From NCBI GenBank assembly GCA_951406725.2, contig OX597834.1, positions 29,388,001-29,452,000 of the forward strand: a DNA stretch of 64,000 nt. Direction: 5' to 3'. Positions 12,961 to 24,716 of this stretch are shown here, in pieces (the stretch's first letter is position 1; every line of letters begins with the position of its first letter). The notes under the pieces were generated by a model, which was not told the DNA's origin, did no database searches, and saw only the letters and a program-made list of their open reading frames with translations. A program made the translations under genes and the position numbers. The stretch is from Octopus vulgaris. Its lineage: Eukaryota.

Positions 12961-13801
12961 CGTCTCCTCTCTCTTCATAGCATTTCCTTTCAAATGCACA
13001 TCCAAGCATCCGGTGCAGTGCAGGTTGCACTGAGAGAAAAAAAAATAACCCTCAATGCACTGCTAATGACTAGATTTTCTTTAATGTTAACATCTCAGGA
13101 CTTCACCAGAGCAAGTTGCAGTGATGGTCATGGTGGGGTGGTATTGATGGTATAATGTTTGTGATGATAGTGCTTATGATGGTGGTAGTGGTAGTGGTGG
13201 TGCTGAAGTTTTTCGATGGTGGTAATAAGGTTTGCTTCTGGGATCGATTGGGAAATTCAGAGGTGAGAAAGAAAGAAAGAAAGAAAGACCAAATGAAAGT
13301 AAGAAGGAAAAAAAAAGAATCCGCCTCCCCCACTCTCCTACTGAAGACGAGAAGAAGATAAGAAAAGATGAAGCAACGATAAGACACACAAGCGATATAG
13401 CGTTAATGAGGATATGTCAAATAAGATAATGAACAGTTTAATCATTGATTATTAATGTGGGAGGATTGGAGAGAGAGAGAGAGAGAGAGAATAGCCAAAA
13501 GAATGAGTCTCTTCTCAGCTGGTGAGAGAGGTTACCTGCCCTTCATTGTCAGGTTAACCTTAGAATTTATGGGGTTCCTTGATTGGCCTTTGCTGGTTGT
13601 TCTTCTATTGGGATGTTCCGTTTCATTCCTTTTCTAGGTTTTTTTTTTTTGCTTTCTCCATAAATTCTGATCGTGATAATCATTCACCATATTCTTTTTG
13701 GAAGGGTGGGGGAATTATCCTTATAATGTTCCTCTTTCTGTTGCCCTTGTGGCAAATAAAAAATAATATAAAAATTATTATTGTTATTGTTTTTGTAATC
13801 A

Positions 13802-14133
13802 TTGGCTTCCATACCCGTGGCATGTAAAAGGGCACCATTCGAGCATGATTGTTACCAACATCGCTTCACTGGCACCTGTGCCGGTAGCACGTGTAAAAAG
13901 ATTCGAGCGAGGTCATTGCCAGTACCGCCTGACTGGCTCCCATGCAGGTGGCATGAAAAATGCACCCAGTACACTCTCGGAGTAGTTGACATTAGGAAGG
14001 GCATCCAGCTGTAGAAACTCTGCCAGATCAAGACTGGAGTCTGGTGCAGCCATCTGGTTGCCAGCCCTCAGTCAAAATCGTCTAACCCATGCTAGCATGG
14101 AAAGCGGACGTTAAATGATGATGATGATGATGA
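13802..14133 (+). mobile_element. RTE LINE 3'UTR (family D) with internal tandem units and (GAT)n tail
   Basis: Three ...GTGGCAYGTAAAA...-like units, then AGGAAGGGCATCCAGCTGTAGAAAC...AACCCATGCTAGCATGGAAAGCGGACGTTAAA(TGA)n. Confidence 0.8.
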
Positions 14134-14240
14134 TTGTTTTTGTAGTCATTATTATTATTATTAAGTCTAACTCATGCCAGCATGAACAAGGGATGTATGA
14201 TGATGATGATGATGACAATTATTATTATTATTATTATTCA

Positions 14241-14460
14241 GGCAATGAGCCTGCAGAACTGTCTGCACTCTGGTCAAAATGCTTGGCAGCATTTCATCCA
14301 GCTTTACAATCTGAGTTCAAATTCTGCTGGGGTCAGCTTTGTCTCTCATCCTTTTGGTGTCAATAAAATAAGCACCAGTTGAGCACAAAAGGGGGGAGGG
14401 GCAATGTAAGTGACTTCCCCGCTCCCTTGACCTTGCTGGCCTCGTGCCAAAATTTGAAAT
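14241..14460 (+). mobile_element. SINE family C'
   Basis: ctgagttcaaattctgctggggtcagctttgtctctcatccttttggtgtcaataaaataagcaccag...ggcctcgtgccaaaatttgaaa. A sister copy lies at 14893-15108. Confidence 0.7.
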
Positions 14461-14466
14461 CTTTAT

Positions 14467-14880
14467 TATTGCCAATCTCTCATCAATTTCTTCAAGTATC
14501 ATTTGAAGAGGAAGGTGAGGCTAAAGCGAGAGATTTTATTGAAAGGTAGATAAGAGTCACAAAACTGATGATGCGGGAAACGACTCCCTCTGGATGTGCC
14601 TTTTTAAGAAGGAAAAAAGAAACTGGAAGATGTAGCTCCTGATGCTTTGGAGATGACAGAAAAATCCAGGATTTTTGTGTGCAATTTCCTTTCAGTTACT
14701 CTAGGTGGGCTCTATCCTGCTATTGGAGATTCAATTTACCCATTTTTCTGAATTAGGATGATGACCCTTAACTGTTGTTTCTACTTTTGATCATTGCAAA
14801 CCCCATCTTTTTTTGTGTTTGATGTAGCCCTTAATGGCTTTCAATGGCTTGGCTCCTTATTGCCAATAAAAGAAATTATT
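14467..14880 (+). mobile_element. Tx1/L1-like LINE 3' end (ORF2 C-terminus plus 3'UTR)
   Basis: Peptide QSLINFFKYHLKRKVRLKRE, then a frameshifted FIER*. The UTR ends AATAAAAGAAATT, like the insert at 30887-31168. Confidence 0.55.
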
Positions 14881-15403
14881 AGTATCATTATTAAGGCGGT
14901 GATGCTGGCAGAATTGTTAGCATGTTGGATGAAATGTTTAGCAGTATTTCGTCTGCCACTATTTTCTGAGTTCAAATTCCACTGAAGTTGATTTTGCCTT
15001 TCATCCTTTTGGGGTCGATAAATTAAGTACTAGTGAAACACGGCAGTCAATGTAATAATAAATTTCAAGTCCTTGTGCCTTCAGTAGAAAGGATTATTAT
15101 TATTATTATTTAGTCTCACCTCTGTCAAAGAAGGAGTTGTGGTAGCATTGACAAGTCATACCTCTTGAGTTAAATGTCAAGAGGCAACCAATTGATATTG
15201 AAGAGGGCAAAAGATTACATACTGTACATGTGTATGTATATATATATGCATATGTTTGTATATGAATACATACATGTGTATGTGTGTGTGTATACATACA
15301 CTGAGCATGTATGTGTGTGTATATATATACACACAGTTCTCTAATAAATAGATATTTCATTTCATCACACTCTTTGTGTGATGAAACACAATGGTTTCTT
15401 TCT

Positions 15404-15439
<36 letters not shown>

Positions 15440-15576
15440 CTATATATATGATAACGCAACAAAATATTTATTTAATAGAGAACTGACTAGATAGTTGGTG
15501 GATATATATATATATATATATATATGTATATGATATCGCAAAGTATTTATTTGAGAACTGACTGTAGATAGTTGGT

Positions 15577-15614
<38 letters not shown>

Positions 15615-15766
15615 CACACATATATATATGTATGTGTTTGTACATGTAGGTGTGTGTGTCTGTATAATTTTGTGTGGGGGGGGTGCGTGCTTGTTTGTAC
15701 CTTTCTTCACTTATACTGTACATATGCATTTGTACATCTATGTATGTATTTGCAATGTATGATAAT

Positions 15767-15836
<70 letters not shown>

Positions 15837-16166
15837 CAGCAGTGGTAGTAAATGGTGTGTTTTCCGGATCGCATTTCTCAGAGGCCAAAGATCGGTGGCA
15901 AGATCACAGGGGTCAGGTAGACATTGTGACCTTTCTGTCAAATTGATGAAGCTACAAGTAAAGATCAAGTCCGAAGACCATCATTGCTACAATCGTTATT
16001 GTTGCTGTTGTTTCTATTGTTTGTTTTTGTTTTGTTGTTGTTGTTGTTACGCTTGATAAATCTAAATGTGATGGTGATGGTCTGTGGAGATGTCATCAAA
16101 ACAGGGTCTTACTCTACACAACTTTAAATCTATGCATACACACACACACATATGTATGTATATAAA

Positions 16167-16199
<33 letters not shown>

Positions 16200-16379
16200 G
16201 ATACATATATACATATATATATTTCTATACACACATGAAGACATATGCACATGCACACATTGATACGATCAGCTAAAACCTTTCAAGATGGTGCCCAAGT
16301 TTAGCCAAGAATCTAGCGATAGAGACATTGTTCGACATGTATGCGGATATATACATTCATAAAATCACACATGCACACA

Positions 16380-16435
<56 letters not shown>

Positions 16436-16440
16436 TACAG

Positions 16441-16910
16441 CAAATGTTAACATAAAGCTGAATATCAGTGAAAAAAAGAACACCTATGCTGAACTATTGA
16501 GGAATCTGCAGTTACTCTATCCAGATTACAAGTCCAGGTTTATACCCGTAATTATTGGGGCCCTGGGAAATGTAACACACTGCCTAAATATCAATCTTGA
16601 GAAATTAGGCTTCTCAACACCAGAAAGGTGAAAGCTAATTTGAAGACTACAGATCCAATCCATCACTGGAGCTGTAAAAACCTGTAAAACTTTCCAGAAG
16701 TTTATCCTTTAAATATACATGAGCATGTCTAGATATGTAGCTATATGCATGAGAAAACATACATAAAACATACAAATCTGCAAATACATACATACAAGCA
16801 AAAATACCCTGTTGTTGATGTTGGAATTCCCACAAAGAAGCCTTGGATCTAGGTTAGAAACCAGCTCTTTCTCTATTGGTAAGAAATCTTGAAATAAAAC
16901 TGCATAATGG
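16441..16910 (+). mobile_element. 3' end of an RLE-type (R4/Dong-like) non-LTR retrotransposon
   Basis: EKKNTYAELLRNLQLLYPDYKSRFIPVIIGALG matches the K..KY..L / PVIIGALG C-terminal motifs. In-frame stops follow; the 3'UTR has AATAAA near 16893. Confidence 0.7.
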
Positions 16911-17473
16911 CATACATACAACAGGTTTCTGCACAGTTTCTGTCAATCAACTTCCTTCATAAATTATGGGTTAACTTCAGGTACTTAGACAAGATGAATC
17001 AGACTTAAATAAGTAATGAGATTGAGGTGATCAATTAAATCTTTGAAGGTGGTGTGACCAGCACGGCCACAGTTGAATGGCAAAAACTAATGAAAGGGTA
17101 AATGAATGCTGTCTTAAATGAATATGGCAAGGTCATGACTGGAGTGCCTTTGAGCACAGGTTTATTCAAACACTAAACAACAACAGTAGCTTTGATCCCT
17201 ACAAACCCCTAATGAGGATTATTTCCATCAGGCTTATTTGTTCTGTGATCTTCAAGACCGGATATTCTACATGGAAACATATTCTGTTGAGCTGGGCTCA
17301 GCAAGAGAGCCATTGTTGCCTGCTTCATATGAAAGAAATAACAGCTAATATTACCTCATATAAAAAAAAACCTCTAAAACATCTTACAAAAAGTGGAAGA
17401 TAAAAGAGCACATTTTTTAAACTGAATCAAAACCAGTTTTGATGGTGAAGAAATTAAACCCAAAAACAGAGCA

Positions 17474-17790
17474 TACCAACCACATGGTTCCAGGTTCAGT
17501 CCCACTGCATGGCACCTTGGGCAAGTGTCTTTTACTATAGCCTCGGGCCAACCAAAGCCTTGTGAGTGGATTTGGTAGACATAAACTATATGTGTGTCTG
17601 TGTTTGTTCCCCAACATTGCTTGACAGCCAATGCTGGTGTGTTTATGTCTCCGTAACTTAGTGGTTTGGCAAAAGAGACCAATAGAATAACTACTACGCT
17701 TACAAAGAATAAGTCCTGGGGGCAATTTGCTCGACTAAAGGCGGTACTCCAGCATGGCCACAGTCAAATGACTGAAACCAGTAAATGAGT
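17474..17790 (+). mobile_element. SINE family B (internal microsatellite largely deleted)
   Basis: Co-linear with 3413-3860. A further decayed copy follows at about 17822-18040. Confidence 0.8.
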
Positions 17791-18104
17791 AATTAGAAAA
17801 GAAGAAAACTGTAAATAATGACTGTGTATGTAATAAATTTGCTTGTCAACCAAGTGATTGCAGGTTCAGTCCCACTGTGTGACACCTTAGGCAAGTGTCT
17901 TCTTCTATAGACCTCAGATGACAACAGCCTTGTGAGTGGATTTTCTAAATAGAAACTGAAAGAAGCCCATCATATTTATGCGTGTGTGTTTGTCTTTCTA
18001 TTTACTCCCCCACCACTTGACAACAGTGCTGGTTTGATGATGTAGGAAAAGGAGATTTATTATTGCCATATATATATCATTTATTATACACAGGATTTAA
18101 ATAG

Positions 18105-18264
18105 GAGCTGCTATTAGTTTCATGCTGTGGAAGCACAATGATTCAGTAGATTAATATATCATCTCTTGTATCTGCAAGCAATCCTTTAGGTTGAAGGATT
18201 GCTTGGAGACAAAAGGCATATTATGAAGTATTGTGCTTCCACAGCATGAAATTATTAACAACTC
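18105..18264. repeat. Foldback (inverted repeat) element between (TA)n tracts
   Basis: 41-bp outer arms with a perfect 22-bp core (18118-18139 vs 18230-18251) and an inner perfect 12-bp stem (18175-18186 vs 18194-18205). Confidence 0.85.
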
Positions 18265-18414
18265 ATGTTTAATGTATATTAAATTATATATATATATATA
18301 TATATACTTCCTTTTTTGCATCTTCCCTCTCTCCAGGGGTGCAAGTTTGTCAGGTTGAGAATCCCTGTTCAAGTATAAAGACTGAATGTTTATGGATGGA
18401 AAAATCTTTGATCA

Positions 18415-18630
18415 TAAATCTTTTCAGTCAGAGCTGACCTGGGGCTATACAAGATCTGATTGAACAGGACTGGTTTAGGGCTATACCAGACCTTTTCTAC
18501 CAGTGCTGATTTACATCTGTACAAGGTCTGTTTGATTAGGGTTGACCCAGAGAGACACCAAATCTGTTCAATCAGAGCTGATTTAGAGCTAGGCAAGATT
18601 TGCTCAATCAGGGCTGACCTGGGGCTAAAC
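18415..18630. repeat. Six tandem 36-bp diverged units derived from the family G terminus
   Basis: Units start at 18415, 18451, 18487, 18523, 18559 and 18595. Consensus is approximately AAGATCTGTTCAATCAGAGCTGACCTGGGGCTATAC. Confidence 0.8.
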
Positions 18631-18774
18631 AGCACCAATAATTTATTGAACTTCCATTAATATATTATGAATAGAAATCAGCAAAATTGAAAATAGCATA
18701 CACACATACAAACACACATGCACACATGACAGGCACACAAACACACATATAACATGCATACACACAAAACACAA

Positions 18775-18807
<33 letters not shown>

Positions 18808-19039
18808 TAGCATGAATTAAATAAATCAAGAAACAAAATATATATAATGGAAATCTGATATTAATTCTGAAAGTAAAGTAAAGTGAAACAAATAACTAAA
18901 TAAATGTGAAGCTCTGCTGAAATGTTGCAAACGGAGAAATAAAGTCAGAAAAGAGTTAATGAGTTAATTAAATAAAATATATTATCAATATTAATCTTTC
19001 GTGTGTAATATTATATTTGCAAAATATATCATAATTGAA

Positions 19040-19116
<77 letters not shown>

Positions 19117-19255
19117 ATGATGATTGCTTTTATTTGCCACCAGGTCATCCGATGAGGCAAGACATTAGAAGGACAGTTTACAATTTGTGTTGGGGTTTAC
19201 ATAAAAGATGAAGGGAAAGAAAGGGAAAAGACGTTTTTTTTTAGATATCCATGGT

Positions 19256-19643
19256 GGTAGGTAGGAGCACTCCGGTGATTGCGACGATGAGGGTCCCAGC
19301 TGATACGATCAACGGAACAGCTTGCTCGTGATATTAACGTGCAAGTGGCTGAGTACTCCACAGACACGTGTACCCTTAACATAGTTCTCAGGGAGATTCA
19401 GCGTGACACAGAGAGTGACAAGGCCGGCCCTTTGAAATACAGGTACAACAGAAACAGGAAGTAAGAGTGAGAGAAAGTTGTGGTAAAAGAGTACAGCAGG
19501 GTTCACCACCATCCCTGCCGGAGCCTCATGGAGCTTTAGGTGTTTTCGCTCAATAAACACTCACAACGCCCGGTCTGGGAATCGAAACCGCGATCCTCCG
19601 ACTGCGAGTCCGCTGCCCTAACCACTGGGCCATTGCGCCTCCT
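19256..19643 (-). mobile_element. tRNA-derived SINE, family A, full length with TSD
   Basis: Reverse complement of 2683-3065. 12-bp TSD GATATCCATGGT at 19244-19255 and 19644-19655. Confidence 0.9.
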
Positions 19644-19872
19644 GATATCCATGGTATACAAAGTATGAAGACACCTGAATGATAGGGTCCTCCTGACACA
19701 GAGGGGAACCAGAGCCAGTCAAAGAATCCCCACAAGACCAGGATCATCTTGACCATGATCCTGTCAGCTCACCGTCTTAGTAATAATACTCGTAATTGTT
19801 TCAAACTGTTGCACCAAGCTTGCAATTTTAGGGAATGGGAACCAAGGTGATTCCTTCAACACCAGTCCTTGA

Positions 19873-20108
19873 AAGGCGGCGAGCTGGCAGAAACATTAGC
19901 ACACCAGGCAAAATGTGTAGTTGTATTTCGTCTGCCGTTACGTTCTGAGTTCAAATTCTGCCAAGGTCGACTTTGCCTTTCATCCTTTCGGGGTCGATAA
20001 ATTAAGGACCAGTTACGCACTGGAGTCGATATAATCGACTTAATCCGTTTGTCTGTCCTTGTTTGTCCTCTCTATGTTTAGCCTCTTGTGGGTAGTAAAG
20101 AAATAGGT
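19873..20108 (+). mobile_element. SINE family C, inserted into an older C' copy
   Basis: AAGGCGGCGAGCTGGCAGAA...GAGTTCAAATTC (B-box-like)...GGTCGACTTTGCCTTTCATCCTTTCGGGGTCGATAAA...GTAAAGAAATAGGT. Confidence 0.85.
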
Positions 20109-20369
20109 ACTTTATTTAGTTGGCACTGAAAGGCAAAGTCAACCCTTGTGGCATTTGAACTCAAAATGTAAAGGGCTGAAATGGTTTCAGATTTTGGTAC
20201 AAGGCCAAGAATTTTAGAAGGTGATGGTGTTGGTGGTAGTGGTGGGGCTAATGACAATAATAGCGGTTTCCAATTTTGGCATATATATGGGAAGGGGATA
20301 CGTTGATTGCATCGACCTCAGTGCTTAACTGGTACTTATTTCATTGACACTGAAATGATGAAATTGTCT

Positions 20370-21037
20370 GATAGGTAGGAACAAAAACCTCTGCATGGCA
20401 AATACATGGCCCGTAGCAAACAAGCTGATGTAGACCAGAAGCACACCCATCAGTTGCTAGGGAGCTCAGGGCTAAAAACAGAGAGTGAAGGCTTTATCTT
20501 GGCCGTCCAAGATCAGAGCTTATTGACCCAGAACTGTCAAGCCAATGTGATGAAAAATGGTGTAGACCCAAAGTGCAGATACTGCAACAATGGGATAGAA
20601 ACAGTTGACCACCTAATCTCTGGATGTAAGGGTTTAGCACCTGTAGAATACAAATCAAGACATGACAGAGTTAGCCAATATCTACATTGGATAACGTGTT
20701 GGCATTATAAAATCAAAACTTCTGACAAATGGTACAAGCACCACCCTGAGGCTGTAAATATTCTTTGGGACTTCCCACTATGTACAGACCAGTCCATCAA
20801 GGCAAATAAACCAGATATTGTTGTGAAAGACAAAAGCAATAAAGTTTGTTTATTGATTGACATGAGCATACCCTGTGACTATGATATCTCGGCAAAAGAA
20901 TTTGATAAGCTCAGAAAATACAAAGATTTGCTAATCGCAATCAAAAAGATGTAGCATCTCAAGATGGTTACAATACCAGTGATTGTAGGAGCACTTGGAA
21001 TGATAAAAGAACTGAAAATTATTTAAGAAGGATCCCT
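20370..21037 (+). mobile_element. R4/Dong-like non-LTR retrotransposon fragment: zinc knuckle plus restriction-like endonuclease (pseudogenised)
   Basis: ORF 20406-20954 and flanks give KPLHGKY, CRYC..ETVDHLISGC (CCHC), RHD, KPDIVV..IDMS..K..KY..L and, after a TAG stop, PVIVGALG. Confidence 0.9.
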
Positions 21038-21968
21038 AACCATTTTCTTTTATTGTTGTTGTACAATTGTGCATTTGCTTGATGGTCTGACCCCCTCCCC
21101 TCAAAATCACCCTCTACTGTTTTGAGAAAAAGAACCCAATAAACTATTGCAATTTTAGGTACAACATATAACAAGATGCGACAATCATAAATAGAATACC
21201 TTTAACCATAGATCTGCTCAATCATGACTGAAGGAAGGAGGAGGAGGAGGAGGGGGGAGGAGGAGGAGAAGGAGGAGGAGGCAACAACAACAACAACAAG
21301 ACAGCTATGTCCTTAATCTGACAAAACCATGACAAGTCACATGTTTTAGATCTTCCGATGGGCTTATCCCAGGGGCTCCATGTGACAAGCAAATCTTTGC
21401 TCCATAAGCTTGTCTATCTTCTGTGTCTGACCAAGAGCTGAAACCCCTCTTCGTTGAAGCATCCCTTTCTGTTCAAAAAAACTGGCAATGGCGATAATGG
21501 TTAGGTGACAATAGGGGTGGTGGGGGTTCGATTGTAGATGATGAGTTTAACAAGGTAGGGTCTGTTGCATGTATCTGGCATTGGCGAGAGACACTGACCA
21601 CTGCTGGTCGAAAGATACCAAGATGTCTACATAATCTACTTAGCAAACAGAAAAGAAAGAGCGAAACCAGTGGACGACCTGCCCATCACTTGCCAGGCTG
21701 GACAGTTATTGCAGCAGAAATGGTGGTGGTGGTGGTGGTGCGCATCATGGTGATGATGGTTATGGTTTGATGATGATGAGGATAACAATGATGGTGATGA
21801 TAGTGGCAGTGTTAGTTGTGATGAGGATGATGATGATGATGATGATAGTGACAGCGACTGTGTTGATGATGATGATGATGATGATACAAATCAGTTGTTG
21901 GTTTTTGTTGTCAATAGTGATGATACAACACTAGCTGTAAATGATGCTATTATTTTGTAGTAGTAGTA

Positions 21969-22034
<66 letters not shown>

Positions 22035-22715
22035 TGTTGCTGGTGGGTAGGTGGGGTGATGTGGTCATGGTGGTGGTGTTATTGTTGGTGATGTTGTTGT
22101 TCTTGTTGTTGTTGTTGGTGGTGGTGGTGGTAGTGGTGGTGGTGGTGGTGATGGTTAATGGTGTTGATGACATTGATGAAGTTGATTATCCCAGGACAAT
22201 ATTTTCCCCATCACTGTCCAGCGGGGGAAAAAAAACCTTAGGGACACGCAGAAACGGAATTATACCCTTTCTGTCCAATACAGGTCAGTTATTCTTCATT
22301 TCCATTATATTAGATAACTTCAACAACACTGACCATTTCATCCACCAACACACAACCACCCTCCACTACTACCACTGCCCCACACACTTTCACACACACG
22401 CTGCCCATTGCCCACTCACCACCACACCACCACCCTACCCCCGCATGGAGGCTGAAGCCCGTACATCATAGCAAGATTGACCAATTATGTTGGCCAGTCA
22501 ACATGAAACAAAACAGGTTTTATCAAAATTCTACAGGGTTTTTGATACTGTTGTTAATATTAAGACTGTTGTTGTTATTGTTGTTGGTGTTGTTGTTGTT
22601 GTTGTTGTCATTATTACAGCAGCTGTTGCTCTTGTTGTTGTTGTTGTTGTTGTTGTTGCTACTGTTGTTTGTGTTGTTGTTTTTGATGTTAATGTAGAAG
22701 CATCTTTTCTTGTTG

Positions 22716-22747
<32 letters not shown>

Positions 22748-22930
22748 CATTATCATCATGGTGATGTTGTGCCTCCTATTGTGCTTGATGTTGTTGTCTG
22801 CATTGTAGTTGTTGTTGTTGTTGTTGTCGTTTCACACTGAATATATACCATCATCATAAGTGTTGTGGCTGTGTCAGCTGCAGTCCCAGTTATCATAGTC
22901 CTGTTGATGCTTTTAACGATGCTACTACTG

Positions 22931-22961
<31 letters not shown>

Positions 22962-23000
22962 CAATGGATGATGGTAGTGGTGATAATGGTGATGATTGCA

Positions 23001-23035
<35 letters not shown>

Positions 23036-23219
23036 AATGACAGTGATGATAATTATGGTAATAACGATGATGAGGCTATAAATTATTTAAATGGAATTGT
23101 TTTGTTTTGTTTCTGTTTCTCAACGGAAGCCATAATAGTGATAAACACACAAACACACACTATATATATATATATGCACACACTATATATATATATGCAC
23201 ACACATACACACGCACACA

Positions 23220-23257
<38 letters not shown>

Positions 23258-24081
23258 TATATGCTCATGCACACACACACACACATACATGTAGTTCATT
23301 GCCCTTCTATCTGTTTTTCTTTTGCTAGTATGGGTCAGATAAATACAAATTAGTGATTTCAAATTTTAGCACAAGGCCAGCAATTTTGGGAGGGGATAAA
23401 TCAATTACATCAGCCCCAGTATACAACTGGTATTTATTTTATTTATTTTATTGAACCTGAAAGGATGAAAGACAAAGTCAACCTCGGCAGAATTCAAACT
23501 CAGAACAAGGGATTGTTTTTTTGTACCTTGATGTCCTTCCTGTTTTCGCAAACCTCGCTTGGCATTTTTCATTCCACACTTGTCTTTAAATACACAATGC
23601 TACCAAATGATTTGGTGACCAACAAACACCCTCATTTGTAGTTTGGTACTTTTTCAAGCAAAGAGCAGAATGTAGACACACACACACACACACACATAAA
23701 TGTCTTTTATTAGATTAACTGCACAAACCAAGGTTTTAAAATAATTTGCTTGAGGATCAGGTACAGAGTTGATTCTAGTTTTTGTTTTTGTTTTTGTTTT
23801 TGTTCCTGAGAGTAGAATAATAATTTGATTTAATGCGTGAGTCAACAGTATGGCACATTGTTAGAATAATATTGCGTATCCACACCATTAAATACTCATT
23901 CAGTAACGTATTTGATTTGTAAAGATATGTGTGTGATCATTGCTTGCATGTCTATATTCAAAAGGGGTAAGCATGACCTTGCTAGAATATAAGATGCAAA
24001 CACACATACACACACACAGGCCCTTCGATTCTAGACCTTGCTTTCACATCTGAAATTTCTTCTCTAGTTCTGGTAGTGATA

Positions 24082-24133
<52 letters not shown>

Positions 24134-24173
24134 AATATATATATGTAAATATATATGTATATATATATATATG

Positions 24174-24211
<38 letters not shown>

Positions 24212-24215
<4 letters not shown>

Positions 24216-24418
24216 AATATAATATGTAACAATTATTCGGTAGCCATGATAAAACTGAAGAGATGCCGGCATGGGTTTCCGCCCCAACATCTGTAACTGA
24301 GAGTTTTATCATGGCTATCGAATAACTGATACATATTATATTTACAGATAAATTCCTCTATTTACATATTACCAAGGTCTCTTTCATTCTTTTGTTGTCT
24401 TACCATTTCTATCAATAT
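24212..24418. mobile_element. (TA)n-embedded insert with 45-bp inverted arms; putative Penelope-like remnant
   Basis: Arms 24212-24256 and 24302-24346 match at 42/45. CTGAAGA lies at the arm/loop junction. A ~70-bp unique tail follows, with (TA)n on both sides. Confidence 0.55.
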
Positions 24419-24440
24419 ATGTATATATATATATATATAT

Positions 24441-24716
24441 GCCAGCTTGACTGGCTTCCGTGCCGGTGGCACGTAAAAAGCACCAACCGATCGTCGTCGT
24501 TGCCAGCTTCCCCTGGCACCTGTGCCGGTGGCATGTAAAAAGCAACCACTACACTCATGGAGTGGTTTGCATTAGGAAGGGCATCCAGCTGTAGAAACAC
24601 TGCCAGATCAGATTGGAGCCTGGTGCAGCCTCCTGGCTTCCCAGATCCCGGTTGAACCGTCCAACCCATGCTAGCATGGAAAACGGACGTTAAACGATGA
24701 TGATGATGATGATGAT
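24441..24716 (+). mobile_element. RTE LINE 3'UTR (family D)
   Basis: Two GTGCCGGTGGCAYGTAAAAAGCA units, the conserved terminal block and a (GAT)n tail. Confidence 0.85.

Noticed and set aside
14558-14590. CTGATGA...GAAAC hammerhead-like string
   Set aside because: There is no stem II pair or stem I, and it lies at the decayed end of a LINE ORF.
15896-15940. Possible pre-miRNA (TGGCAAGAT seed resembling miR-31)
   Set aside because: Similarity stops after 9 nt, and the hairpin is short and bulged.
18415-18630. 36-bp periodic array as a CRISPR-like locus
   Set aside because: Units are contiguous with no unique spacers, there are no cas-like ORFs, and the unit derives from a dispersed repeat.
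20406-20954. 182-aa ORF as a host gene
   Set aside because: Its motifs are those of a retrotransposon zinc knuckle/RLE domain, bounded by TAG stops at presumed Trp codons and a downstream frameshift.
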